Source: Laetmonice hystrix (taxonomy: Eukaryota). Taken from it: a stretch of DNA of 64,000 nucleotides. Where the stretch lies: NCBI GenBank assembly GCA_965235115.1, contig OZ249442.1, positions 18,662,001 to 18,726,000 on the forward strand, written 5' to 3'. This document shows, piece after piece, positions 12,972-26,581 of this stretch; the stretch's first letter is position 1, and each line of letters opens with the position of its first letter. The translations under genes were made by a program, and so were the position numbers. The notes beneath the pieces are model-generated. The model was not told where the DNA came from. It saw only the letters and a list, made by a program, of their open reading frames with translations, and searched no databases.

Positions 12972-15717
12972 GTGGCGCCACCTACGAGTGCATGCTTCGG
13001 GGTGACAAACATGAGAGGCCGGATTAAGGGGAAAAAATGATAATTTGGACCTAATGAGGTATTGTTTTAGCGGTTATCATGTAATAGGGGCCTTAATGAG
13101 TAATAATACGATGTGAAATAGGGAGCAGATGATGGCCAACGGTTGCTGCGGCAGAGAGACATTGGCCACCGTGGAGCTGCAGCCACACCACAGCACCAGC
13201 ACACCGCACCGACACCCATCCAAAAAAACCACAGATTAAGCACTAAATGCTCTAATTTAAATTCAAATTAATGTCCTGAATTAAGTTAATTTGAATTGTT
13301 TTAACTAATAGGGATGATCAGGCTTTGGGCATGGGAAATTTATCATGCTAATCGGGACAATTTTTAAAAAGGTAATTTAGGAAATGAAGTCACGAAGAAA
13401 TGCTCCATTAATGTTCGATGCTGTATTGGCACTTATTTTGTTAATTTTTGCTGAAATGATTAATCAATCTGAATGGATATTTGTCCCAGGGCTGTTCCTT
13501 CCTGCAGTTTTTATGTAAATTATACTTGGTGACTTTCCTCTGCAAAGATAATTGAAAGAAAGACGTAATCAAGTTGGGAGATAAATGATGGCCAATGTGT
13601 GTTACCTGTATTAACTGCTCCCTACGGATATAACCAATAAAGGCTGAAATTAGTTTGGAACAAACGTAAATATAAAATTGCGAAATTACAAGTGCTCTTC
13701 ATTGGTTCATCATTCTTGCTCATCATCTTATTCTTGCTGCATCTCCATTTCATTCTTGCCGTCCATAGAATGATTCATTTCGAATAATATGTTGGGCCTA
13801 TCTAGGAATTTTGGAAGGAGGGCACGTCCCCCCACAGCACCTCTGGTAACGTCAAAATCTATCATCGGTGACAGTAACTTCAGTTTAAAATCAGCCTGCA
13901 GAAATATGGGCGGAGGCTCCACTTCCGCCACCTAGATCTTTGCTTGGAGTGGCAAGGGTTGGTAAGTCTATTCACTGCTTTAATAGATATCCATATAATG
14001 ATATAAAATCAATTCTGTATTATTTTCTGGAATTGTCCTTTTATCCACCGTATGGTATCAAGATGTCAGGATTTGTTTCTTGTTATAACGTTATTTGATT
14101 GAAAGATACATTTGTCCCTGATCCCAGCCATGTGATTTCGTGTGTATTTCCTTGTGCCTCCATATACTATGACCGGACCAATGATAGTAGTTTGAAATCC
14201 CAACTCGTAGTGTAGGTTACTAATGTTAGAGGGTTATCTGTCAGGTCCGCCGACCCATGGCGAGAGAGGCGGAGATTGGTCTACCACAAACACGGGGACC
14301 GTGGATGTTAGTGGTGACGAGTGATTTATCTTGGCCACCTTTGTGGTCCCGTATGGTTTGAGTTATTTTTGAACACCTAAGTTATGTGAGACAACGTCAG
14401 TGTGTCTGAATCAAAATATATTACTTTTCTTACAGCAGTTGGCGTTATCCATTGCTTTGAGGTGTTATCGGTTGACAACAAATTGTCATCATGTCTCAAG
14501 GGTGTCGTGAAATATGAACATAGCAGTCGTCATGGTTGGCTGATTTCTAAAGGTTGTTGCGTCAGAGGGCAATGGATGTATCCAGTTAAGTGGACCCGAC
14601 GTGCATCGCCACCTATAGCTGTGTGTAGGAGATACTGTCTGGTTTGGGTGTTCTGTGTTATCAGAGACCTGTCATTTCATTCACATGCATCCCCAGTGTT
14701 GTCACCTTGTAGGTGTTTCGGGAGGGGGGGGGGGGGGTTCCAGCGATATGTAATCTATTATCTGTCATCTGGTAGGTTTTCTTTGATGGGTGGTTACATC
14801 TCGTTTTCTTCCTGACATCTCATGGTTATATTATAGTCCTTATAGTCCTTGTCACCTATAGTAGTAGCCTAGCAGGTGTTGGGAATACTAGTCTAGGCTG
14901 TCGGTGTCCTTTGGTGGGAGAGTCATGGTACATGGGAGGTGCTGGTATCTTTTAGATTGCATCTCTTGAGTGTTCTCAAGAACATACAATCATGTCCGCT
15001 TAAATGATTAAATGATTTGCTGCAACGCCTGGGTACAACGTTAAGCTCAACTAAGATCTCAAGTTCGGTGTGCTTATCATTAAACGCCCTTTACATTGCT
15101 TCATATATTAAAAGGCATGGGTTTTTTTTACATTTTTCTTTTTGTTAGAGGTAGAAATCCCGTGGGTATAGTAGTACATTTGTAGTATAATAGTGGTAGG
15201 AACCTGTAGAGTATTGGCATGTCGAACCTTTCAGCGGTCAGTAAGGTCCCAAAATGTTTTAGTTTGTGAATACTGTGCATGCAGTTTAATGTCTAGAGGG
15301 AAGTTACATTATGTGTAACATTTGTAGTCAACAGCTGTAGATGTATTGTAAGCTTCAGGATAACATCTGCCATTTATAACATTTAATACGTAATTAGCCC
15401 TTATTCAACTCTTTTTCTCCTCATCCTAAAACTCGGGTAGGAGTGTGTTTTAATTGAATACCATGTGTGGATTGCATTAGTGTCATGTATACATGTAATT
15501 ATTAGCCATATGTATACATGAAATTATGACTACGCCTGTGGGCTGAATAAAGGAATGCTATGACAAGAGGAGCATTAATAAGCCCATTCATCATATGTTA
15601 TTGGTGGGAACGGAGTCAATTGTCTGCCAGCCTGTATGATCATTAATTGTGTTATAGTCTCTCATTATGAGGTGTAATTAGTGACATTGCCATCAGCGAT
15701 AGTGGCGCCGCCTATGG
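12972..15717 (+). promoter_or_regulatory. Cluster of four co-oriented CTCF-like motifs
   Basis: GTGGCGCCACCTAC (12972), CGCCACCTAG (13926), CGCCACCTATAG (14607) and GTGGCGCCGCCTATGG (15702) are partial matches to the GCGCC(A/C)CCTAGTGG CTCF core. Confidence 0.3.
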
Positions 15718-18159
15718 TTGAGTACCACAGGATCCATTAAGTTGCATTGTATGAGGATGCTCGATGGGCATATGGTTAGTCGAGCGGCAGTGTGGGGATC
15801 ACAACCGTTTAATTATCACACTTCTTTCACCTAGGGCTGTATAAAATATACTGATGTGTTTTCTTTTTAACATTATGAGCCTGCATGTCGACATTCCTTC
15901 CTTGTGGTAACGAAATAACCAGGTTTAAATAGGGTTGTGTCACTATTTTGTTCTTTACCAAATCAAAAAAGTGGATATTTCTGCACATCTGATGATTTTG
16001 CACAGATGGAGACAAATTTGTGACAGGTCGAGTATCTAGGTAGGAAATGTATTGTACACGGAGGATGACGATGGCCATGCTTCATATTCTGACCCATCTC
16101 ACACTTGATCATAGTTTTGTTTTCAACCCCAGCGTAAAAAATACAGTTTCTCCTTTAAAATGGGGGTTCTGCATTATTAGATGGTGCAACCCATATCTGT
16201 GTTTATGTATAATGGAGTGTATAGACAATGGAAGTCATTGTATTGTGTGAGAATACATCTGCAGAATGACCGTAAGAGTTTCAAGTTTACACTCATCACT
16301 CAAAAGGGCAGGACAGGACTAACACTGGCTGTAATTAGAATAATGTCTCGGATATCAGATTTAAATAAGGGTGGAATATATGAAAGGGGAATTGTTACAG
16401 TTTTTGGGGCGTAGAGAAAACGCCTCTGCTTATTAGACAAATGTTAAGCATAACATGTTTTCCGCAAGGTTTCATAATTGTTATTCCTGAATTAGCAGGA
16501 GGCCTCGGTCAAGAGGTCAACGTAGTGTTCCCCATATGAGAATGACACATTAATCCGACAAAATCCCTTATGGCAGCCAGAGCCTGCAGAGTCAGCAATA
16601 ATTCAATAATACTCGCTTTCTCTCTCTGCCTCTCCCCAACCCCACCCCTCCGTCTCAGGGAGGATTTTTTTTCAATAGCATTTCAATCCTTGGTGTCTAC
16701 ATCCCCACATGTATGACTATTGTCTATGGGTGGCTGAGAAGATTAAATACAAATATTTTTGTCTTGCATTATGTTTCCCATGTCTAATCAGAACGTGCAT
16801 TAGGGTCTTAGCAGTTATGGTCTTGCAGGGAATTATTGATGAACAACTAGACACCCTCGGGCGCAAGGTGCGGAGAGTTCATCGTTGTGGTGACCTACAT
16901 ATGGCATGGTCACCTTGGCAACCCCTCTGTGGGTCAGTTTCCATTTGGCCATGGCCACATCAGCCTGCGTCCAAGGGGGCCACTCGCTTGTATAAATGAA
17001 TATGATAAATGAACCCTTCTGATCCTTCGCCCCTGATAAAAAGAATATTCTAAGTGCTGAATTGCATAATTTAGTATAGAAAGGGAGCTGTGGACCCAAT
17101 GGGAATTCAGTGGTCGAGGGAAATGTCGCCAGGCTGGCTTCTTGACATGACATGAAAGTTGGAGGCCTCAGTAGAACCTCTGCTCAGTTAGCATCTGAAA
17201 ACCAGATTTTGTTGGCACTCTCCTGATGTAGAATCAGTTCTGTTAACGCAAGATGATATTCAAATGGGTGGTTTTTGTTAAGTTTGATGTTGGCTAGTGT
17301 GAGGATGGTGTCGGTGAACTGATCAGCGGGCACTGACCTTGGTGTGGCTGGGTGGATACATCAAGCGAGGCGCCATTAGCGGCCTGTCATAAGGCAGAGT
17401 AAGAAAAATGTCATCCTTACATTTGCTATAATGTCACCTCAGAACAGATTAACGTCTGCATGAATGGAAAGATGAACCAGTAAATTGATGAGAAAACTTG
17501 GCCAAAGTGAGCCGGCCAACACAAATTTGTGCAGCAGGAATGTGAATTAATGCGGAGAGTGTGGTGAAATGAAAGCCACTGTTGGTCCACTCCACAGGTA
17601 TTAGTTGAACAGACAGGGTGAAGCTAGCTCCCCATTGAGATTTACCAAAGCTAAAAAGAACACACCAACCCCTCATCTACTTACACTTATAAATCACTTT
17701 TGATCAATTCTTAATGAGACGTTAGGCTGGTTTCTTCAATCCTAAACTGAAAGAATCGTGTTGTTCTGCATGGGTGTTTAACTAGGAATTGAGTAAGTAA
17801 TGCTATAAACTCTTTTATTACCGTATTTTACGTAAAGGGTGGTCACACTAGTACTTAGTACTCGTATGATTATTATCTTTTGGTTATATGCCAAGCCAGT
17901 ATATTTATAATAGGCCTAGTCTCTTTATTTATAGTTTTCTTAATTAAGGTTTGAAACTTTCCCAGCATACTCTGCATATGAATTGACCTATGATAATGAG
18001 TCAGTTACTTGGGCGTGACGTAATCTGTCAAGCTGTGCCTCCATGCAAGCCTTTTAAGATTTAATAAGTTCAGATAAATCATTAGTTTTTGTCCTGAAAG
18101 ACAAATGAATTGCTTTTAGAATCTGGGAATACACATCTAGACATCTTGCTTGTTGGTCT

Positions 18160-18470
18160 GTTGCAATTGAAAGGGAATTCCTCGTTTTTTACCCTAGAGC
18201 CTAAGCGCAAACAAGTCAGACGATGTCGGAAAATAATCCGTCGCAAATGCACTAAGTCTTCTAAAATGATCATTCTTTTTCGGTGAGGGCTGACTTGGAT
18301 GATAGGGAGAGGTAAGAATTGAATTTATGAAGTATATACAAGGGGTGAATAAATCCCTCAGACAGTAGGTATCCAACGTTAGATAAGGAGGCAGGAACAT
18401 TTTGTTGTCCATGATTAGCAGTTACTACATTCAACGTTATGTGCCGGAGAACACGTGGCACGCCATCCAT
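18160..18470 (-). mobile_element. Possible decayed Gypsy-type LTR retrotransposon integrase core
   Basis: GVPRVL (18447-18464), LTSPYHPS (18293-18316) and GIPFQL (18164-18181) occur in the order expected for the integrase motifs GxPxxI, TSPYHPQ and GxSPFxL. Spacing is imperfect and frames shift. Confidence 0.3.
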
Positions 18471-20989
18471 TGAACCCAAGGCCCCCTCGTTTCACTTTCA
18501 CTGATACAACTCGTGTGAGGAACTGTTGACGGTTATGGTTTCGTACAGCAAGGACCAGATGCGCCTCAGGCAGCTGCTAACAGTTAGTAGCTTCTACCAT
18601 TATACCCGCAAGGAATTTAAGACAACGGTAGACTGCTGGCTGCATTATGTGTTCCTTCTGTGGTGAGCAGGCAACACGTAACATTCAATTTTCTGTTTCC
18701 AGCAACAGAACATCTGGGGAAAAAGCGCATCTCAGATTTCAATATAAATAGGTTTCTTGCATTCCAATAATGTAGAAGGAAGGAGCAGATCCAACAGAGA
18801 TGTGATGGTATGTGTCTGTGTCAGTTGGAATCCGTATAATTCTTTAAATCAGCTTGATTGCTTTTGTGAACATGATTATATGTGATCATGTGAATCATCG
18901 CTAAAAATTAATAAACTATATCACCTGTTCGGTGACACTCATAGATCTGGTGTTTACCAAGGCTTTTTCTCTTTTCTTCTGGTGACTCGCCTATTTTTTT
19001 TTACTATAATTGTACCCATTTTACCTCGAGATGAATAAGATCTTGTAGTTGTTCATCTTTATAGGAACCCAAACCAAATGAACACCTGGGGAACACTTTA
19101 CAGTGAATTTAAACCATAAGGGTTCTTTTTTGTCATGAGACCCTATTCCCCTTTTTTCCTTCCTTGATATACATTGTACATTCTTAATTGGTCTGCCTTG
19201 ATTTTTTTCATTTTCTTTTTCCAGGCAGTTTTCAATGCAGGCTGTGAATATATTGACAGCGAAGCTGGTATGCAGTAGTATGGTTGTTGGAAAACAATCA
19301 ATTGAAAAGTGACATTTAAAAAAAATGCATTGAAGAGTCTATGCCATTGCGATGAATGTGTGCCTCTTTAGGATCAAAGGGTGGGTATCATTATACAGGG
19401 TGTGCTTCTGTAATGAGTGGATGCAACGGAAACGTTATCACATTGTGGGCACACTCCAAAGCAAGTGTTCTGTGCAAGCCTTCGCTATTAACCTAATGTT
19501 CCATCAACCGGCTCATATGTAGGATAAAAGAAAAATGCATTAATATATCAATAAGGCACTTATTGTTTATCAGGCTGTATGTCTTGACACAGATCCAGAG
19601 TCATCAACGTGGTCGAGTCATGAGTGATGCTATTGACGTTGGCGTGAAGTCGGCAATGTGAAGACAATAGTCGACCCTTCTGTTTGATTTCAGGCTACAT
19701 TTCCATGTGTATTAATTCCTACACAAAGCTAGGTAATTTCCCTGACAGCACCAGTGATAACAAGCACTACGACTATTGTACTTTCTCCACTGTATGTTTA
19801 AAAAAAGAGCCGCAGACAGCCTGAGGAGCGGTGTCATTTGCATGTGTGGCAGTAGCATTTGTTAGGCGTTATTGTTTCCACGATGGATGAGGGTGACGGG
19901 GCTGTTAATCAACCTTTTAGCTGATTATCGTGTCGGCTTAAGGAGAATAATTACTCATTTTGTCACCACTCGTACACATCCCCATCCACTTCCATTAGCG
20001 CAAAAAGCTGTGAGTGTGAAGAAGCGAAAATGATTAGGACAATTATGACTGAATTGACGAATAAAAAGCGTGGCCGGATCAGAAGTGGCGTATGCACTGA
20101 TGATGTTACTGGATCTGATAGCCACGTTTATCAGCTAGGCAGGGAAGCTAAGAAGAGGATTATGTGAAGACTTGGTGTTCGTCCCTGCTGAAGACACTGC
20201 AGCCACTTAAAGTAGGGAGGTGTCTGCAGAGCCAGGCGTAGGAACTGGTCCTCAATGTCTCACACATGCAGCGGCATCTCCCTGAAGATGAGCGCGGCAA
20301 GCCCTCATGTTCATTAAATAAAGGCGCTATGTTTGGTTATTAGCATTTTCTTCTGCAATCTGCACCAGCTGCATCAGTTGCCAACTTATTACACTTATTA
20401 GTGTGGGGATGTTAATCTGCTGCTGGCCCAGGGAAATGTGGGTGACACTAGGAACAGTGTGGCGACCGCCAATAACAAATTGCCTCATGTGGCATTGCTC
20501 TACATTCAGGTAGGCCTATTCGGGAGGTGTTATACATACCGGGGCAGAATTATCACCTGACATATTTTGGGCTTCATAAAACATCCATACAAACTAAAAT
20601 GACATTCTTTGACCTTACTTAATATTTCCTTTCGGTGAAGCTCGAGTAACGCTTTTGTATTGCTTAATTTATATTCAAGCAGAGATTTCCAGATGCAGTG
20701 GTGATTTTAAGCGTTAAAAATTGGTTAACTACAGCTTTTGGTCAAAATGTGGACCCATGAAGCTGATAAAGTATGTCGGACGGCTGTGCAGAAGAGGGCG
20801 TTTAGCGCTGGCGGGCACGGTGTCCTTGGAATGGGTTAAAGGCCTGGCTGCTCATAAATTCTCGGTTCTTTGGTAAAGTCGTGAGTAACGTGGGATGGAA
20901 GGCGGTACTTTCTTTCTTGCTCTTGAAGTGAGTACAGTAGCATACATTCCTAAACATGGTTTCCATTCAGGACATTTGACCACGTGTTC

Positions 20990-21290
20990 TCATGTTGTGC
21001 TATCCTGAGTTTAGCAGCAGTTGCAGATGACCGTTGTATACGAATCCTGCCAACGGGCACAGCCAAATGTTATGTTTTAACAAGTATGACCATGATGTTT
21101 TCTTTGAATCATCAAAAGATACCAGGAGAATATTTAGCGATAATACAAGACCTCCGATCAAAAGACTATCCGTCGAATGAATCCAGTACGACTGCAAACT
21201 CAGTTTACAATTGATCGAGAGGGTTCATTTCCTTGTCCAAGACACGGTATGTCTTTTTATCCGACACCCAACATAAAATGGACCTTCTGA
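20990..21290 (-). mobile_element. Penelope-like element remnant (N-terminal part of RT)
   Basis: SDKKTYRVLDKEMNP (21220-21264; cf. LSDxxTYxxLxxDP), PGIF**FK (cf. PxFYxLPK), KHNIWLCPL (21051-21078; cf. KIHKxxxPLRPI) and SSATAAKL (cf. GSxTYxLAK) are collinear across stops and frameshifts. Confidence 0.55.
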
Positions 21291-22719
21291 ACCTCAATAA
21301 CTTCGCGTCTCGCCAGGATTTAAAAACTTGTCAGTACTCAGGAGTGCAGATTTACCTCACTTGCAGCTAACTGATAATTACGTTTATTATTTTTACCTCC
21401 CGTTTTTTTTCTTCTTCGCCTCATGCCATTAAAATGCAGTACTTTTGACAATAATGGGCCCATTGCTACAGGCAAACTGATGCAGCATTAGTCGCTTGGT
21501 CGTGCCTCATCATCAGTTGTGTAAGAGCAGGCAACCTCCGCCGACCCGAACGGAACATAATCCATGGCCCTTCCTCAGACCCGTACTTTCCACGGCAGTC
21601 TCAAGTGCTTCTACCCTGTGGTCTCAGAAGTGACTGTGTTGCTGGCTTTTGCCATAATGAGAAGTAGCTTTTGTAGGCTTGGCTAAAATAATTATAGTCG
21701 AGATATGGCCTGATGTGTGCGAGTTGGCCAAGGGCAACACGGTTAGTCCTATTACTACCCATGTTGTGGCGATCATTATGGGGCCAGGCAACACCCCATG
21801 GCAGCGGTGAAACCACCCTTCCTTATCCCAGTCTCAGCCACAAGAACAATGCCTACTCCATCACTCAGCGCAAGATCGCCATCATAACATGCATTCACTG
21901 TTATCTCACTGGACTTGGGCCAGAATTTACATTAATCCCATGTAGTGTAACCCGGGCAAAGCAGGTTCAGTGAGGGAAAATAGGAAAGCCGTGAAAGAAT
22001 GGGTACATGTTCCGGGTTCTGTTTAATTGTGAATCTGATCAAGTCGTAGACAGGGAAGGGTAACATTGATTTTTACACACGTCTGTAGTGGATCCAGAAT
22101 TTCGGGGCAAGAGATGGAGAGTAAGGAGTTCCGGACACGTGATTTGTGGCGGTAAAGAATTTGTAAATGGTATTATATTTGTTAAATATCGGATTTATAT
22201 CGGCTTCAATCGCAGCATACGTTCATCTGTGGCTAGCCAGTGAAACTTTCGCGTGAAAACTGATAAGAGTGATGAAGATAGAGAATGAATTGCGGTCCTT
22301 GATCCTGTCGTAAAGAAGGAGAAAACGAGATGCATTCACATTGGATAAGCACATAAGTCTCCTAGATGTAGGATGTTATGTTTCCATATGTCGTATTCGT
22401 AATTGGCTAATCGATCTGATGTTATTAATGAGACCATTGTCCGCCGTATTTTGATTACAAGTTCGTATAGTTAAGTACAAATGATCTTGATCTCTGTGTC
22501 ACCGGGTACTTGCTGCACACAGAACGGACCAGAGTCTGTGAACACAAGCGTGCCAATAGCAATGCAATGACATTTCATCACATCAAAGACAGACACACGA
22601 TGAAACTTGGATGCGAATGCATCGCTGAGCAGCCTTCCATTGCAGTTGATTGGACATAACCATTAATATTGTAGTCATTTAGAAGAGGCACGTCCTCTCC
22701 CGAACTCTTGAGATCACCA

Positions 22720-24535
22720 ATGTGTCCATACTCCAAGGCCAGGTGTTCGGGAGTCAATCTACCGACTCAACATCAAATAGACATAGAGTAAAATGGCCAT
22801 AACAAAACTTCTTACTCGTACCTGCACTATTAAATGCTGACCCTATCTACTTCCGGGTGTGTTGATGTTATATGATGACGACAAGAAACCCTGCTTGAAT
22901 GCGACATCCTGTTTGTAGGGTAGTTGGATCGAGTTTGGCCATTTTCTCTCAATTGTCCACGTGTATCGCCCGTGAATTCTCCCAGAAAGCTTTGTTTGAA
23001 TATGCAAATTTACAGTTGTCATTTTCTTGTAACCTTTTGGTTTTGTTCACCGTAAAATTCAGTTACATTAGAGGGAAAAGATGCCGCACACTAACAAAAT
23101 GCTACAGTTAGGGGAAAAGATCTGACTAGTTATGGCTGGTTTAGTGGTTACATATTCAACTGTTGTATATAGTTCCTCATAATCTGCCGTAATTGACAAC
23201 AGAATATTTGGGTTGTAATTGCTCTTGATGGACATACAAAGATTTTGTTCGTTGATCACTTTATTAGAGATTAAGAGACAGAGGAGAAATGCATACTGAG
23301 GCGAAGCAATGGGTCCTCTATGTGGTCCAAGCCATTGCTAGACCAATGCAGTTAGTCCCAGCAATCTAATGACGGGGACGTTTGGAAAAGTTGGGAATGT
23401 CTGTGACCTTGTGGAACGTTGTAGCAGCAGCACCTCTACAGGGAGAGTGATACATGGCCGTGGCGTTATTAGTGAAGGACTGCGCCACAAACTGGCACCC
23501 TGATTGGCGCCCAGCTAGCCTTGGCGGAAGGGCCACTGCCCTATCAATAGTCGCATGGTAAACACTGGGCATTTACATGGCCAAATCCCTTTGTGGCATT
23601 CCTGAAATCTTATGCAAATGAGCTGGTTCTTGCTCGTTAACAAGCCAGACTTGAGGGCGGGGTAGTGCAGTATCGGCATGGGAAGATCAAAGTTGATGAC
23701 CAGTGGACTATAAATCTACTGCAAGGTGTGGTCAATTCCATTGATACTTCATGGCTACTTCGCCTGCGTCTTTCCTCAATGTACTTTTCTTCCTGAATCG
23801 ATTCATTCAAAAAGGCCATGCCGTTCATACAAAAGATCATATCTCATCTCCCGTGATCCGCCAGGATTGCATTAAGTTTGCTGCCCTAAATCCATGTCGC
23901 TCTTGGATAGGAGAAAATATGATTTTGTCTGATTTTGTGTGGATTTCGTCAAGAGTGGAATTGGAAAGGGCAGGCGACTGCACACACTGAGCCACATTAC
24001 GCACACCCACGTCGCTTTATTATCAATGCTGTTTCATTATAGGCCAAGTTGCTTAGAACGTGTCCATTTTGAGGGTGACACCCCTTGAGTGAGGCATGAA
24101 CGTTGAAGTGGACTCGTCTGGGATATTCTTGAAAAGACAGTGCACATTTATGCCTAGGGAAGACTGGTTACCTTCATTTGTAGAAGTTTTTAGCGGAGTG
24201 ACGTTGTTGAGAAATATTAATATACGCCCTGATCGATTGTAGCAGCTCACTGTGCGCCTTCATGGACGCCATGAACTTGAAAGTAGTATGTCGTATTGTT
24301 AAATCCTTACGATGGTATAAAAAATTAACAATTTAACTGATTTCCTGAACGTTGAAAGCAAACCTTGCTATTCGAGATGGAACAGCATACTCCCACCATT
24401 CACCCTTTGAAGGCTTGGACGTATAATGTTTCCTTGCCGTGAATACTAACGAATAAATCCTCTGTACTAGACATCCAAGTCCGTCCTGCGCAAGAATGCG
24501 AGAGCTCTTCTATCTTTTCCTTGTCAATCTGTACT
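22720..24535 (-). mobile_element. Highly decayed Penelope-like retroelement (RT + GIY-YIG endonuclease remnants)
   Basis: Collinear motifs across many stops/frameshifts: IDKEKIEEL; VPSRI; QEIS*IVNF (~24321-24347); INVHCLFKNIPDE (24113-24151; cf. DVxSLFTNIPxDE); N..RGCA*CGS (cf. NxFxF..GxAMGS); VDL*STGHQL*SSH (~23678-23719; cf. DLYxKPTDxHQYLxxxSxHP); SLAC*RAR..DF; YHATIDRA; FPNVPVI; then CIFKQSFLGE, HITSTHPEVD and *IDSRTPGL (GIY-YIG region; cf. WIxxLxTxxPxGLN). Confidence 0.8.
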
Positions 24536-26581
24536 TAAAATGACTGAATAGTTAGACACAAGTTGCAGGCTGTAACATAGGGAAAAGGCTGTTTCTTTCA
24601 GTTTTCTGCATGAGATTTGTCAAATTTCAGCAGATTGTAATATTTCCAAAAATCTGTGAAGTTTATCGTCATTTTAATGAATATGTCTCTCGTAAGTATA
24701 AAATTAGTAGGAGCCCATGAAACTGTGCAGTGCATTACTATGAATGAACGAGTGTTTTTCATAGTTTTATAATTAAGGTTACGTACAAGTGCTATAAACA
24801 CCTCGTTATTTTGGAAGATCTCGAGTTGATTGTATTTTGAGTTAAAACTATTGTCTAGACAAATGTAATTTATTGTCAGAAAGTATTCAAAGCATGCGTA
24901 TCTTGCAGAAAGCATATACATTTTGACAGATTTATTGATATTGTTGTCTGTTCCATTCCGGTACAAGACGACATTGTTATACTTATCCCCAAACTGTTGC
25001 GTTAAGTGCTACGACAGAACTTCCCCGCCTATCATTGATGAGGATGTTTTATATAGTCTGTTGGATTATGGGAGTGACCACAGTTGGTCATGACTTTCTT
25101 CCATCTGCCAGTTTTATTGGGCCATCTGTGACATAGAGTGGACATTGTCCTCAGTCACCTTTCCCCTGTCACACCACTGTCTTCGTCCAAAGTACGAACC
25201 ATGGTGATGAATGTGTCAGTCGGGCGTCCCTCACCACCAGCCTTGTTAATCCGGGAGGACAATTTTCATCTCGGAGAAAATCTCAACAATGAGAGTGAGC
25301 AGAGATCACAAATAACAGCCAACAATGTCACACCAACGCACCAAGTACTGTTTTTCAATCACTCAGAAAAATTAAGATTTTCTTCTTTTTTTCTTCTTCT
25401 ATAGTAGTTCAATTAAACGTAGTGTTTTCCGGCTTGAATCTGCTGCCACAGGAGCATCAGCCACAAATACCAATGTCATATATCATTTTGTCTCAGAGGA
25501 ACAATTGAAGAAAATCTTAGCGAGCCTCAATTTGCGTAAGTGCATGGCTGTACTGTGGTCAGCGTAGCCGGAAGGCAGCTCGGGCTCCAGCGAACCACCC
25601 CGTGCCAGTGTCGAGCCGCGCCGAGCGACTGAAGGCCAAACAAAGGCTTTCACAGTCGTCATAAATTTCCCAATATGAATGAAGTGCCACCAAAAGGAAT
25701 GCCAAATTCTGTGCCATATCGTTACAGTTGACAATTTCGTACATTCAGCAGATGAATGAGTGAAATTTTCATCTTGAGACAATGGCAAGTCACCAGCAGG
25801 CCCAGATGCCTGTTGAAACTTTACTTGATCCTGAATTAGTAAGTCGGTTGAAGAACGGCTATATATCATCTTTGTCTTCTATGTGCCAGTCATATCTTTA
25901 GGACATGTGGGTAGTGGTAGCTAACGAGATCGAAGCCTATCAACTCGATTACTTGTTTGCTACAACCAGTTGAGGTTCAGGGGGTGAGTTGTTCCAGAAG
26001 AGCTAGAGATGTAGAGCAGAACTTTTGATAACCACATTTTGAAAAAAAAGGCGTAATACAATTATGTGGATTGCTTGGTACCAAAACGCAAGAAACAAGC
26101 AAGGTTGTCCGTAATGATAAGTACATTATGTTTCATATATTTACAGTGAAATATGTGATAAGACGGGGAGAAACATCAGATTTGCAGTTATGAAAAAATA
26201 GAAAAGAAAACGGTCTCAGCCTTGGTTTTTGCCGGTTTGGTTTCTAACTGTTGTCTCGTAATGTGTAGGGCTTGCCCAGACTTTTATTTAGTTTCAAGGT
26301 CTGAGGGCACAGGGTATCCTGTCGATCAAAGCACACAGATCACTCGAAGGATACTGTACTAGGATTCGAGACTTTGTGTGCCGTCTTCTTGTTCATCCCA
26401 TTTATAATACCATCTTTGTTGTTTGGTCTTTGTGGTGGCATGAAATAACGTTTTGTCAATTTACCAATTGTATGTGAGAGATGGCTGGTCATTGGGACGT
26501 CTTTTAGATCTGATGGCAAGCAGAGCAGGCAACGTGGAAAATGATTCCTGCAGACAGAAGAAGAGCCACTCCGGATGGTCA

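Noticed and set aside
20700-20839. piggyBac-like right end (GGAATGGG|TTAA)
   Set aside because: No matching left TIR found nearby.
22578-22758. Ankyrin-like LTPEHLALEYGH reading on the minus strand
   Set aside because: No second helix and a weak acceptor; the segment overlaps the 3' end of the Penelope remnant in another frame.
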